The notes below the pieces were generated by a model. It saw only the letters and a program-made list of their open reading frames with translations. It was not told the origin of the DNA and ran no database searches. Source: Vicugna vicugna (lineage: Eukaryota). Taken from it: a DNA stretch of 64,000 nucleotides. Within the stretch, counting starts at the first letter, position 1. Each line of letters opens with the position of its first letter. The DNA lies in NCBI GenBank assembly GCA_013265495.1, contig MU057521.1:248001-312000 (forward strand). Reading direction: 5' to 3'. Shown piece by piece: positions 26,470 to 39,129 of the stretch. The position numbers and the translations under genes were made by a program.

Positions 26470-26650
26470 TCAAGACTTCTCTTTGAAGTCAATACAGACC
26501 TGGATTTAAAAGTCTTTTGCTGTGTCCTCACAACACTTCGCGAAAGTTACTTAAACTTTCTCATCTGTAAACTGGGGAAAGCACTGTTTCTGTCACAGTG
26601 CTGTGGAGATGATTAAGTTCAATACTACACATTAAATACTAAGCACACTC
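26470..26650 (+). mobile_element. MIR SINE
   Basis: 'cagacctggatttaaa...aagttacttaaactttctcatctgtaaactgggga'. Confidence 0.7.
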
Positions 26651-27299
26651 CTGAGCTGAGAAGATTAGGTGGGGATAACATAAATCAAACACTTAACTCT
26701 TGGAACTCCGGAAGAGGTAGAAATCAATAATTATCTTTGCAAAACAAACTGGCAAGTATAACCAAGATGAAAATGAAGGCCAGTCATTCTATATCTCTGT
26801 CATAGCTCAGACAGCTTTGAGCATTTGGCGTCTAGTCTTTCTAAAGTTCAAGGCTTATGGGACCTGGAAGAGGAAGTTACCACCAAGTGGAGGTTCAAGC
26901 ACCTAGAAAGACAAGAAGTTGCCCCTAAAAAATTAGATGGGTAGTCCTGGCCAGAAAACAAGGGTCCTGGGCCAACTTCAGAAGGGCTTGGTACTGAGAT
27001 GTCCAAGGAGGTCAGCATCCACCGCAGCAGAGCACGTGGAAACCATGGGGTTTAAGAGCACAGCTGGAAGATCAACCACAGCCAACGGATCCAAAGGTTA
27101 TTGGCCCAAGTATCTGTTTACTTAAAAATGAATTGGCCTATATGTTGATCACTGCATTTCATATTTGATACATTCAATATTTTAAGCGTTCTTGCTTCAT
27201 TTTTACTCTTTTGGTTCTGTACAGCCATCAAATAAAGGTAATATATTTTGAATAATCAAAAAACCCAGGAGACTATTTTCAATTTTTTAACGTCTTCAA

Positions 27300-27970
27300 T
27301 TAAGATTTCAGTGCCTGACTTTGCATATAAAGGTACTTTTTCTTCCGTATTTAGGATAATTAGTAAAGTTCAAAAAATTTTAAATCATGTTTGTTTAACC
27401 AAACTAGTTCTACAAATTACATTCCCATGAGCAGAATAAAATATTTCCCCTTTAACTAAATTTGGGTTAGACTGCTTAATATTACTTCCAACAGTTCTTG
27501 TTAATTTGATTTCCCTAATTATTATTAAATGGATGACTATTTTGATTTACTTCGGGACCAGTAATTTCTCATTTGTGAATTGACTGTCCATGTCATTCAG
27601 TCCCTTTTCAGCTTACAGGGTCTCAAGTGTTTTAGTTTCAATCTGAATGGGCTCTTTTAATAGTGAAAAGTACTATATTTGCTGCAACAGTTTCTCCAGT
27701 CTATTTTTCATCTTTTGTTTTTAATTATGCATTTTTGCCTTTTTGAAGCAAAAAAATCACACCTAAATTTAAAATAATCATGCAGGTCAATTATTGCCCC
27801 TGTCTTTTTTGCATGTCTGTCGTTTCTTTTAAACCAAAGAAGTCTTCTATCCAAAGATTTGACAAAAAGTTAATGATACATCATTTAACTTTTCTATGGT
27901 TTGATTTTTTTAATTCCTAACGCATTTGAAACCGATTTCTTAGTGTGGTATGAGGTGAGAGTTCTAAAAT
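27300..27970 (-). mobile_element. Old L1ME ORF2/3' remnant
   Basis: 'aaattacattcccatgagcag', 'tttgtgaattgactgtccatgtc', 'gtgtggtatgaggtgagag'. Confidence 0.6.
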
Positions 27971-28984
27971 TTCTGGCTTACTATTTATCAGATGAAGGAT
28001 CTTACTTTACAATTCTGAATTCTTTTTTTCATTCCTAGAGTCTTCACATTCCCCATGGCCAAGGAGAAAGAGAGATAAAAGATTACAGACAAGCGTGAAA
28101 TACTGTATTGTTGTTTCCCTAATTAACATGGAGCTAGAGTCTGTATGAGGGAATGACTTTTCTGAATATCTTTGCCTGCTGGTTATAACTTGACTTTTGC
28201 TTACTTGTAGAAAAGACTTAGGTAGATTGACCAAAACATACATAAAATACTCATAATTAGATAAAATAGAAAAAAAAATAAAGGGACATGGAAACTCTCA
28301 ACTTTTGCTAGAATCTGTCAACTATGAAAGGTAAATATGAATTTACGAGTTCTGGATTATTAGACAAACTGGGAACACAAATGTTTCTTAGGAAAATTGT
28401 GTGCAGAATGTTAGGAGACAGACGTCCATAGCTCGCTAGATTCAGGGCATCTGACTGTGAGACGGGGCAAATGATGTTAGCAAAGGCATTAATATTAGTT
28501 AAGCAGAGCTAGGAAAAAATAAGTTTCTGTCACTGCTTTTTGGAGGGTCCATGCTGTTGTTTTGGGAAGAATAACCCACCAGCACCAGTGAGGGAGGACT
28601 GATGTAGAAGTGCAAATCCAAACAGGGATTCCAGACGGCTTAAGGGTTTACAGAGAAAATGCAGAAGAGCAGTGCCTAAACTGTGAGCCCTGTTAGTCCC
28701 GTAAGATCTTTCTCTAGAGGCTCTTACTTTTGTGTTTTATCTGAGAGCAGAGAAGGACACGGTAGAGCTGGACAGCCCAGGCGGATATACCCTTCCCTAA
28801 TCACTGACTAGAAGGAATGGAAAGAGGGAAGGACAAGACTACTATGGTTAGGGAGCTTTGGTTAGCTTTCAAAACATGTTTTTGTTTCTTTGCTTGTTTC
28901 TTTGCTTATTTGCTCATGTATTTGTTGTCTGGGCCAATGTACCAAATATGGTCAGAACCAAAGACAAGTAAGTCCATATGGTCT

Positions 28985-30430
28985 GAAACTACTTCCATCT
29001 ACCATATATTAATTGAGGTCTTACTATATAGGCCATCGCTCATTTTAGAAGTTTGAAATATATGCAAGAACAATATAGATATGATTCCTGCCCTTATAGA
29101 AACTCTTCTTGTCACCTTCTCTTGAACTTTCTAAAACATAAAAAACATGGAGAATGTCACATATTCCTATATCCTCTTGAGATTTGAGAAATGTTAATAT
29201 TTTGCATATTTGTTTCAAAACTTTATTTAAAGAAATAAAATTGTATCATTATAGCAAGAGGTGCTTTGACCTCTCTCTAATTTAGTTTCTCTTCTTCTCT
29301 TCAGGGAAGTAATTAATTGTCTTAAAGTTGGCATTCTTCCGATTTTTAAAACCTGCATTACCACATACATACTTGTCCATGAAAAATAGGTAGTGTAAAT
29401 TCATATTTTGGAAATTCTGAAATAGTGTTTTTAGTATAAAATAACTTGCTTTGCACACTTGACATCAGGTTTTTGAGATAATTTACTTAATATTTATTAA
29501 ATACATTCTATGTCTCAGATATAGTTCTAAGAACTAGAATAAAGTAGTGAACAAAAAAACCCTAAAAATCTATGCCCTTATGAAGCTTATATTCTAGTAG
29601 GGTAAACAGATAATAAACAACCAAATATGAAATAGTCTATATAGGCTGCTGTCATAGACTGAATTGTACCCCACCCCCCAAAATTCATATGTTGAAGGCC
29701 AAACTTACAATGTGACTTAATTTGTAGAGGCAAGGGATATCCCATTAGTAGTATCTGAGAGTTTACATCCTTGTTCACACATGGTTCTGTTCTATTTTTG
29801 ATGGATGGATGTGAACTGGTATCACGTTCCTTGAATTGGCATTTATTATTGCCTAATAGTCCTAATAAAAAAGCGTCTTATGTGAAATGCCTATTCATAG
29901 CCTTGCCCATTTTCCAACTGAGTTGTTTTTCATCCTTATTAATTTTTAGGCACTCCTTATGCAAACTGGGTACTGACCCGGAAACACATTGCAAATCAAC
30001 GCTTCTTCCAGTGTACGACTTATCTTCTTCCTTCATCATAGTATCTCCAGTTGTACGTTAAAAAAAGTCTTTTAATAGTTGGGGGTATAGTTGGGAGGAA
30101 CTAGTTTTAGAGAGGATGGAAGACTAGCAGGTAAGTTTTATATTTGATGGCAGAGAGTACAGTGGGTTTTCCACCTGATAAGCTATTATTGCAAATAAAG
30201 AATCCATTAATGAACCCAATTATCAGTTAATTAATCCCTCAAAAGAGTAAACCAATCAGCCATATTTTGAAAGTAGAAGGCTAGTGGGTAGGGTTCTCTT
30301 GCGGAGAGAGGAAAACAACTACATTGGGAACTGAAACAAATTCTGGACAACGTTGAGAATGCAGCTGAGGTGACAGAATATAACTTTACAGTAGCTCTTG
30401 CCTATACATCTGTTTAATTTTCTCAACCTA
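28985..30430. mobile_element. Mosaic of L2(-), L1M(-), MLT1 5' fragment (29650-29730, +) and L1M 3' end (+)
   Basis: L2 'tatttattaaatacattctatgt...gcccttatgaagcttatattctagt'; MLT1 'tgtcatagactgaattgtacccc...ttcatatgttgaag'; L1 'gtgaaatgcctattcatagccttgcccatttt'. Confidence 0.6.
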
Positions 30431-30610
30431 AATTCAGCTTCCCAAGTGAAGGCACAGGGACAGCACACACTGAGATTTTTCTAGCATTGCAGTTTTCTAG
30501 GAATCTCTGAATAATAGCCCCCCCCCCAAAAGGGTTTAGATGAAGGTGGAAATGGGATGGTCTGGAAATCATATGAAGGAGTGAAGATACCTATTCTGAG
30601 GAATATGGGG

Positions 30611-30975
30611 TGCTATGGACTGAATCATGTCCCCCCAAATCCATATGTTGAAGCCCTAACACCCAATGTGACTACGTGTGCAGATAGGACTTACAAGAAG
30701 GTAATGAAGGCTAAATGACGTCATAAGGGTGGGGTCTTGATACAACAGGATCAGTGTCCTTATAAGAAGAGTCACCAAAGAGCTCTCTCCACCGTATGAG
30801 GACACAGTGAGAAGGTGACTATATGCAATTCAAAGAGAGAGCCCTCTCAGACGCTGATCCTGCTGGGACCTTGATCTTGGACTTCCGTTTCCAGAACTGT
30901 GAAAAAATAAATTTCTGTTGTTTAAGCTACCTGGCTTATGGTATTTGATGATGGCAGGCTGAGCTGACTAAGACA
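30611..30975 (+). mobile_element. Complete MLT1A0-like solo LTR
   Basis: TG...CA ends, 'tgctatggactgaat' ... 'gagctgactaagaca'; internal 'ccttgatcttggacttcc', 'aataaatttctgttgtttaagc'. Confidence 0.92.
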
Positions 30976-33900
30976 TGGCATAAGGGAAAATGAGCAGCCC
31001 CCATCCGAGAGGCCTCAGCAAGAAAGTATATCAAAAAAGAGTCAGGTTTCAGTAAAGGTAAAGAGAGAGAGGAAATTTTCTGTAAGAAGCTGAAGACATA
31101 GGTCGGGTTGTTTCCCAGGAAACCGAATCTCAATGAGCATAATTGTCTTTATTCCACAAAGATGTCCCGCAACCTACCGTTGGTATTTTTATTTTGAATT
31201 TTGGAACTCCATATTACTAAAATGGAAATTTTAATATTTATGATAGAAATATTATAAATATTTCATATTTGGAATTTTTGTATTAAAGATCAACTAGTTT
31301 ATTTTTTCCCACAAGCTTATTTTTATGATTTTTATATTATTTATCTAAATGACAAGATATGAGAGTTTCTGGATGCTATTTTTTTGTAGTTCCAATAAAT
31401 GAAACAGCCAATTCAATAATGTTTTACTATGTTTTCTGTTAGTTACACCACTAGTTTTTGACATTTAAGAGGGCACTTAATGTGCTTAGAGTAATTTTAT
31501 ATGATGAGTACTACTTATGGATTTGTTGATAATTATATCTTAAGGAAAATTAGCAGATTTTTCATTTTAGGCACTTTAATTGGTATTTCAGTATACGTAT
31601 TCCTTTGACTTCTGCTCTTAACAATTGTGTTATATGCATAAAGAACATTTACTTCAGATAACAGCATTATTATAAAATTTAAAGCCATGACAACTACTAT
31701 ATTAGCTATCAATATTCCGGGAAGGGTTAAACAGTCATGAATACACTGCTCGGATGTACACTACCTCCCAAGAATGCTAACTCATTACACACTCAGTGGT
31801 TCTATAGTTGTGTTTAAAAGGGAAAATAATTGTATGGATTAGTTTTTATCGAACTATTAATATTAGTAGATGTTAAAAGAGATGACACTAGTACCTTAAT
31901 GTAAAACCAAACTCAAGAACAACTTTTCAATTTGTTGAGGTCACAAACCAGCCTTATTCAAACACTCACATACTTAAATTTCCATCAGCATTCTCATCAT
32001 TCCTGACTTAGACACTCGTATCCCAATATATTTTAGGTCCTAGTTTTATCAGGTTCATCTCTTCATAAATAAGATAACTTCTATTGTTTTAAACCACCAT
32101 TATAAACCACAGTTCTGAGATGGTGTTTAAGATCTTTCAGAGCAGGAATGTGTATACAATCTCTCAGTGTATATGAGGAATATTTCACTTTGCTAGTGGC
32201 TTTAGAACAAGAAATTCTCAGGGTTTCATCATCCTGCAATGGCCACTAATGAGCTCCAAGGCTATAAAAGTATAATAAGTTCTAACAATTTTATGTAGAG
32301 ATGTTTTTCTCATTTAGAAGTTTGACTTTTACTATCACAATGTAAATACATCCTCTATGATAAGTCTAGTTGCTCTTGAAGAGATTTATTATTTATCTGT
32401 ATGCCTTGCAAATACCTTACCAAAATCAGGAGTAGGATAATGATCTTGGCAATAAATCTATTTTAATGTGTTATTTTTCATGTTATATAGAACTTTGAGA
32501 ACTTTAAAGACGAAAGATTCAAGAAAAAAATTGTTTAGGACAGGGTGAGAAAAAAATAGCAAATAGTTTAAACAAATCCTACGTGCAATTTTGAATTTTA
32601 AAATTTTACTGTTTTCCAAAAGTTTGAATTCATTTTTATCTAAAGAAGCTAGGCAAAATACTGAGTTGTGCATCTGCAAGGACAGCAAATGAGTAGACAA
32701 CAATGATGCAAGGGTTCACTTTGAATACTTTTTCTCATATCCTTATCAGAGCCTTTTCCTTGTTGTCTCTCAGCAGAATATTAGTGATGTAATTAGTGCT
32801 AATGGCTCTTTATCGGCAACGTGAATTCATTTTGATTCCTTTATGTTTGTGTTGCAGTTTGCCAGTTCCAGGAAGGTTCTTTGGCTCTCACAAAAGACAT
32901 GTCAAAAGCCAAGAGGGCAAAAAAGAAGGTAGAGATCACAGGCGGGAGACCAGGGCCAAGTTTGTTAACAGAACATTTATATCTGGCTGAGCTGGCTGTC
33001 TTCGGAGTGGATGTAGCCGGTGAACCTTGGGTCTACCGAACAGATGTATCCTCTCCAGAGAGTTAAAAGACCACGTACCTCCTATTTCTCTGAAAATGAA
33101 GGTGGAACATACCAGAAGACAGGACTTTCCTATTTCTTCCGTTACCTTTAATCACACTCTAAGTGTGCTAGCTGGCCCAATGAATATGCTGTTTTATTTC
33201 ACCTCGCCCCACAGAATTGAAATAAATATGCCTGCATGGAACTAACTTTACTGTTAGAATTTGTGTAGTCACTTCACTCAGTAATTATAACCTGAAGGGT
33301 ATTCCTTTCAGTTTAGCAAAAGCAAATTCTAATCTCAACTTTAAACTTGATAATGATCCTCCAGTTACTATTAGTATCATTGCAGGAAAGGAAAAGGCTA
33401 TACCCTTGCAGTGCCCAGTGGGAGATAACGTGCTTAATAAATAAAGACGCTTAAATGATCATGTTTTTAATACGTGTAAAAGGTAGTGTTCTCATTGTCA
33501 GTCTTTAATTCCTAGTTGTTTTGGTACCATCAGCAGGACGTTTCCAAAACATCCCATCCCAAGTTAAAATGATCCATTTCATTTTTAGGCAGTTGTGGAG
33601 AATTTGACACTAATGTTTCCCATAAATATTTTCTTATTCTGAAGTGGAAGTTCAGCATTTTTAATTATTTCAATGGTAATTCAGAACATATTTAAAACAT
33701 AATGTTTTCTCAAAATTTATAGCCATTTCATTTTCACTGGGAAATGACAGTTTATTATCCTAAGAAAAACTGTAGGCATTTGTTTCTACATGTTTCAAAA
33801 ACAGGGAAGAAAGGACCACGGCATGACCTTGCAGACTGTAGAACAAAGGCAAATACTACTATCCAGAACCACATTTCTAAGTTATCAGTTAATTCATAAA

Positions 33901-35249
33901 AATAATCTAGCTCATAAATGAAAATCTTGACTGACTCTCTGACAGATAAATTTGTTATGTGAGAAAAATCATAGAGAGGATGCCTGCGTACACTTTGAGC
34001 TTTTTCCTAGAATTTTAGAGAGGACCTTGTTTAAGCGCTGGGAGAATTAAAACATGACAAAATTGGACATTAATTCAAACCTCGTGAATATATTCCATTT
34101 TTGGTATGGCAAATTTTTTACATGAAAAGAATAATGAAAGCATCCAAAAAACACCCTGAGAAACTATCTGTTTTCCCCATTTTTTTTTCTCTTCTAATTG
34201 TGTTCTTAAATAGATCATTTCCTGAGAGTATAAAGAAAGAAGTTGGGTTTATCATGGATAGACTTTAATCTGGATCACCATAGGGTTATGTGCATTTTAT
34301 GTTAAATCCAAAACATATTGTTTGATAATAATTTAGCAGCTCCAAGTTAAAATGGCATCTGATTTCCCCAGCTCAGCCTTTACAATGGACTGCTGAGATA
34401 AGAGAACTAAAAAAGCGCAGAAAGCAGTTACCAACATTTCCACTATTGCCAGGACCATTGGAGCTTTGTTCCATTTTCTCCTGGTGGCTGGACTTCAAGG
34501 AGCACCCATGCTCTATTGTCCCATCACTGTCACCAGACTCACTCCCCTTCAGAGACACATGTTTTCTGGTGAGCAGAAAATCAGGAATTTGTCTTTATTC
34601 TATGTGGGTACAGCTATTTCTCCCCACCCCATCAGCACTTTTCCTTCCATTCTCAGTTGACAAGTGAAACATCTAAAGAATGTATTTTTATGAAATTGGT
34701 ATGGAAAATGATGTTGGTATATTGCATTCCAAGGACTTGGTGGTGTCAGGAACTGGAAAAACCCTGAGAAGAGTGTCTCTTGGGGTTTATTTTTTTTTGC
34801 TTCTATTCAAAGTGAAAGAGATTTAGAAGGCAGGAAATGACAATCTCATTATAGTCCATACACTTGATAATATCCTAATAATAGACATTAAAAATGAGTC
34901 TTGGAGCTGTGCCTTTTAGCTGGATATCTGGCCAAACCTCTGCAAGGGGATTTTCATCCTCCAGCACTGAAAAACCTGGAGAATAGGATCAAAGGCAAAC
35001 ACATCCTTTGTCTATCGGCAAATGGCAAGCCTGACAAAAGACACCCATCTGAGGATGCAAAAATAAAACAAGAACGACAACAAAAAATAACCATAAAGGG
35101 ACCTATGTAAAGACACAGCAGAGAAAAAAAGGAAATCATCATCCTAAAAGCTGAGAAAAGAAGCCGAAATAGTAATAAAAAAAGGAAATTGCAATAGCAT
35201 TTTAGATTCATTATAGGATGCAAAACAATACACAAAGTCTGTGATGCAG

Positions 35250-36480
35250 GTGTGAAACGTACATGTGAAGAACAGGTTAATATGGATACAAAACAGACTA
35301 AAATGAATGGGAGGCGCCCATTCCTAAAAAAAACGAAGCAGCAGAGTGGAAAAACAAATGCAATGAAATAATTAAAATCACATTAGACATTAAAACTGAT
35401 TAAAAAAATAAAATCAGTGATAAAGTGAAAAATCTCAATTATTTTCCCAGAATGCAAGAAAAATGACCAAGAGATTAAACATAAAGGGGCAGAAGGATAA
35501 AAATAAAAGATGATAGCTGCGGAAGACAAATTATGGAAGAATAATAATCTTAGATATATTAACAAAAAAATTTTGAACATCAGTAGAATCTAAAACAGAG
35601 AACAAGAATCAGAGTAAGTCAACTGAAAAAATCATCCCATGCTAAACGTAAAGTAATTGAAGAGTCCCATTCTAAAGTACCCTTGGCAAAAACTTTGAAT
35701 TTAATGGTTAAAGAAAATCCTGAAAAGACACCCAGAAAACCTGGCTGCATTTATATTTTTCCTCTGTATTTACTAAGTGCCAGAAAATTTTGGCATAATA
35801 TCTATAATTTTTTTTTAAAGAATAAGGCTGTAACTAAAGAATTTCTTAACTAGCTAAATTGTCTTTCATTGATTAGCCCAACAAAAAGACATTCTCTTAC
35901 AAGGAAAATTTTAAAATGTATACTAAGTACCTACCTATCTTGAAAACAAAAAAACTTCAAGGTATATTTCAGATGAGACAAAAATATGAATTAAGAATTT
36001 AAGAAGGTAGAAGTAGCAGTGGACATGGTAGAGACAAATTTGCATTTATTTTCCCCTTCTAGGAAATATACCAAGAAGAACTTATCTGAAATACAGAAAA
36101 AGATTTAAGCATAAAGAAACACATCATGGTACAATTAGAGCATAACTGTGAAAAATTCCTAAATATTCAACAATAGAATGCCATGCAACAAGTTAAGTTT
36201 GGGATGAATTTTAATGATACAGTTTAATTTTATGATGACATTTTTAGTGAAGAGCAGAGTAAGAAATGATAAATCCGTGAATTAACAATGTGAAGAAAAT
36301 GCTCATGAAACTTTTATCTATAACATTTTTATATCCTTAAAAAGAGATCTGAAGTAAATATTAGATATTAACTTTTTAAAAATATTGGGTACTAGGTGTG
36401 TAAATGTTTTTGTTTTCTGTTTTTCTTTTACTTCACTAAATGTAGTTTTTCAAAACTAATTTAAAAAATTCATAGAAAAT
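35250..36480 (+). mobile_element. HAL1/L1ME-like remnant (ORF1 region then 3' end)
   Basis: A-rich ORF1-like tract ('cagaatgcaagaaaaatgaccaagag', 'gtgccagaaaattttggcataatatct', 'ctagctaaattgtctttc') followed by L1ME-type 3' UTR. Confidence 0.5.
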
Positions 36481-36659
36481 AGATTATAAGAAAACTACAA
36501 AATCTATCACTTCTGGGTGCTTATAACATGGTTCTCCCCCGCCCACCCCAACTATTTTACACTTTCCATTAGTTTTTCCACACTTCCTGTAGAAAAAAAT
36601 ATGCTGTCCCAAATGAAAGCAAATCATCCACCAGGCCTCAGAAATAAGAGTTTTTCAAA

Positions 36660-36800
36660 TATTTTAACATTTACCCACTATTAGTTAAATGAAACAAACT
36701 CCCTGGCTATCAATTTCCTCATCCATAAAATAAAAGCGTTAACATTCCTGCTTGCAAGAATTTCCATGAAGTTTACATAATAAAATGCTCTGAAGCAATG
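36660..36800 (+). mobile_element. MIR fragment
   Basis: 'tcaatttcctcatccataaaata'. Confidence 0.5.
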
Positions 36801-37194
36801 CATTTTTATAAGAGGGATATTTTTTGAATGACTCTCTTTTTTGGGAGGAAGCTGACTTTTACCGGAATTAGGTTGGTTTGGTTTGTGGCTGAGAGAGACA
36901 GCAATTGTTCTCGTAGTCGTAACTAAACGAAGCTCTCTTTAATAGGAAGTGTTGTTCATTTCCCTCGGAAGATTGGGTGAAATGATGCCAGTGCCAATCT
37001 CTGATTTGGCAACATTAAAGACAACAATAGAGGCGGAAGCAGAAATTTTGCTGTAGAGAAGGAAGCCCTGATCTATTCAGTAGGCATTAGTACAAGGATC
37101 AGTACAGAAAAATCAATAAAGGGAGTGAGGGCACTGTGTTCTAAGTCATCCAAGGGGCAAGTGATCAGATCCAGAGCTGTAACAAGTGACAGTC

Positions 37195-37575
37195 TGTCTA
37201 TTTACCCGACCATGCTCCCCTCCTTCCTCAGTACACAGCTAGAATATGTTTCCCAGGCTTCCTTGCGGTTAGACTTGCCTTTGGGACTGAGCGCTAGCCT
37301 GTGACATATAAAAAGAAGTGATCTACACTTCAAAGTGATGTGCTGGTGTATGAAACCCTCCCATGAGTGATCCCTCACTCTCCTGTTCCTTTCACTGGCT
37401 TGGGACAGACTTCCACAGTGATCAGCCTGGGCTCTGATCATTGCAGAGATAAGAGATTTCTACCAATTTCTCCTAAGTACCCACACTTCAGGCTTTCCAT
37501 GAAAACAACATTAACTTTCAGTGTGCCTCCCTAGTAAAATTCTTAGTTTGTATGTTATAGTGGTTAACTAATAGA
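37195..37575 (+). mobile_element. MLT1J-like LTR
   Basis: 'cacagctagaatatgtttcccaggcttccttgcggttag', 'aaaccctccca', end 'tttgtatgttatag...ttaactaataga'. Confidence 0.7.
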
Positions 37576-38335
37576 GGTTTTTTCACATCCGGAATCAGAA
37601 AGTTGAAGATACAGACACTGAAGACCCCCTACCCAAGAGTAGAAGGGTAGAGGTCAAAAAACAAAACAAACAAACAAAAGGGAAGCCCACAAAGCCCTTC
37701 GTCTGTTGAATCAAGGTAGCAGAGTGTAAATGAGGTTCTAGCGCACAGCAGGCATGGAGCAAAGATTTGCTGATTTTAATTGCCTTGTATTGATCTTGAT
37801 ATCATACAACATTCGTAGCAAGGACAGAATCATGCTTCCCTGGAAATCAAAGGCAGCATCATATAACAGCTTATTCCTATCAGCACACAAATATGTTCTA
37901 TGGTCTCTATCATTTGAAAAACAAAACAGATTACGAAATACCTCCCTTGACTCCCTATCTTCACCGTAGCTGCCACTGAATTTTCTCTGCTCTTCTCTGA
38001 GCCAAACCTCAGCAAAGAGGAAACTCTCTACTTAGGTTATCTCCCGTCGTGTGTCGGCGAGTCCTCCTCCTGTCCTGATGTGATACCTCCTTCCACCATT
38101 CCAATTCAACATTCCTGCCAGTGGGACCAGTGACTTTCATACAGACAAATCTAACGGAAACTTCTCAGTGCTCATCAAACCAAAACTTTCATCAGCTTTC
38201 TGTAGAACTGATGGCTTGTTTTCTGCTTAAAACTATCCATTGCTTTTCACTGAGCTCAAAGAACACTGAAGAGTTTTCCAGCCTGCCTAGTCATCTCTGT
38301 GTGAGCTGGCCATTGCCTGCCCAATGTTGTACCTA

Positions 38336-38578
38336 AGCAGTATAATGTGATGGCCTAAAGCAGGGGGACTTCTACATCAAAATCCGAGTTAAGATCTTCA
38401 TTTCAACCTCTGCAAGTTACTTACTCTTTCTCTGCCTCAGTTTCCTTTATTTGTAAAATGGAGAGCATCAGAGTGCCCACATTATATATTTGTTGTGACC
38501 ATCAAATGAGATAATGAGTAAGAAGGAGTTAGAGCTATGCCTTGCATGTATTAAAAGCTCTATTATTATTGTTATTGC
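38336..38578 (+). mobile_element. Near full-length MIR SINE
   Basis: 'gcaagttacttactctttctctgcctcagtttcctttatttgtaaaatggag...tcaaatgagataat...ctattattattgttatt'. Confidence 0.85.
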
Positions 38579-38751
38579 ATTTGTATGCTTTCACACTTGT
38601 TAAATATCTTCCCACCACACTGGATTTCTCTCTGCTCCTTGAGCCAAGTGGTATTTATTTCTGCTCCCCTTGACAATTGACAATCTTGACAATTTCCATA
38701 TGCTTTATCCCACCTGGACTGGAGGGGCTTTTTCACTACCCTATCTAAAAT

Positions 38752-39129
38752 TTCTCTTCATCTTTTTTTTTTTTTCTGCAAAGAAATTTGAACTTTATTC
38801 TGTGTATCGTTGGAAACAACAAATAGCTTTTGGGCCAAGAGTGATGCAATCATGGCGACATGTTAGGAAGGTTATTCAGGAGGTACAGGGCAGAGCTGTG
38901 GGTGGAGGCTGGGAGCCTGGCCAGGGGTCTGTTGCCAGTGTCCAGGTGAAAGTTGCCAAGGACTTTCTGTGCCGGACACTGCGCTCCCTGGGTGTCCAGG
39001 TGTGCTGAGTCTCTGTCGTACCTGACGAGGTAGCCATAATTGCGGCTGAGGTCACGTCTTTCTCCAGCCGCTTCACCCATGTCCTCACAGCAGGGAGCAT
39101 CGGCCCCACCCATGATTCTCTTCATCTTT
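38752..39129 (-). pseudogene. FLAD1: L1-mediated, 5'-inverted processed FLAD1 retrocopy (TSDs included)
   Basis: 14-bp TSD ttctcttcatcttt at 38752-38765 and 39116-39129; T13 at 38763-38775; tttatt (AATAAA on -) at 38794-38799; TT/AAAG L1 endonuclease-type site on - strand. Confidence 0.85.
38962..39116 (+). pseudogene. FLAD1: FLAD1 coding fragment (molybdopterin-binding domain), the inverted arm of the retrocopy
   Basis: Translates [50 protein letters not shown]; recalled human FLAD1 is [54 protein letters not shown] at 39006-39008 fits CGA>TGA decay. Confidence 0.93.

Noticed and set aside
34372..34568. 197-nt open exon candidate
   Set aside because: Short pyrimidine tract, unrecognised peptide and no independent support.
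38670..39008. 112-aa ORF as a real gene
   Set aside because: It is a chance read-through of L2, poly-T and the retrocopy arm; only the last 14 codons are FLAD1, ending at a premature stop.
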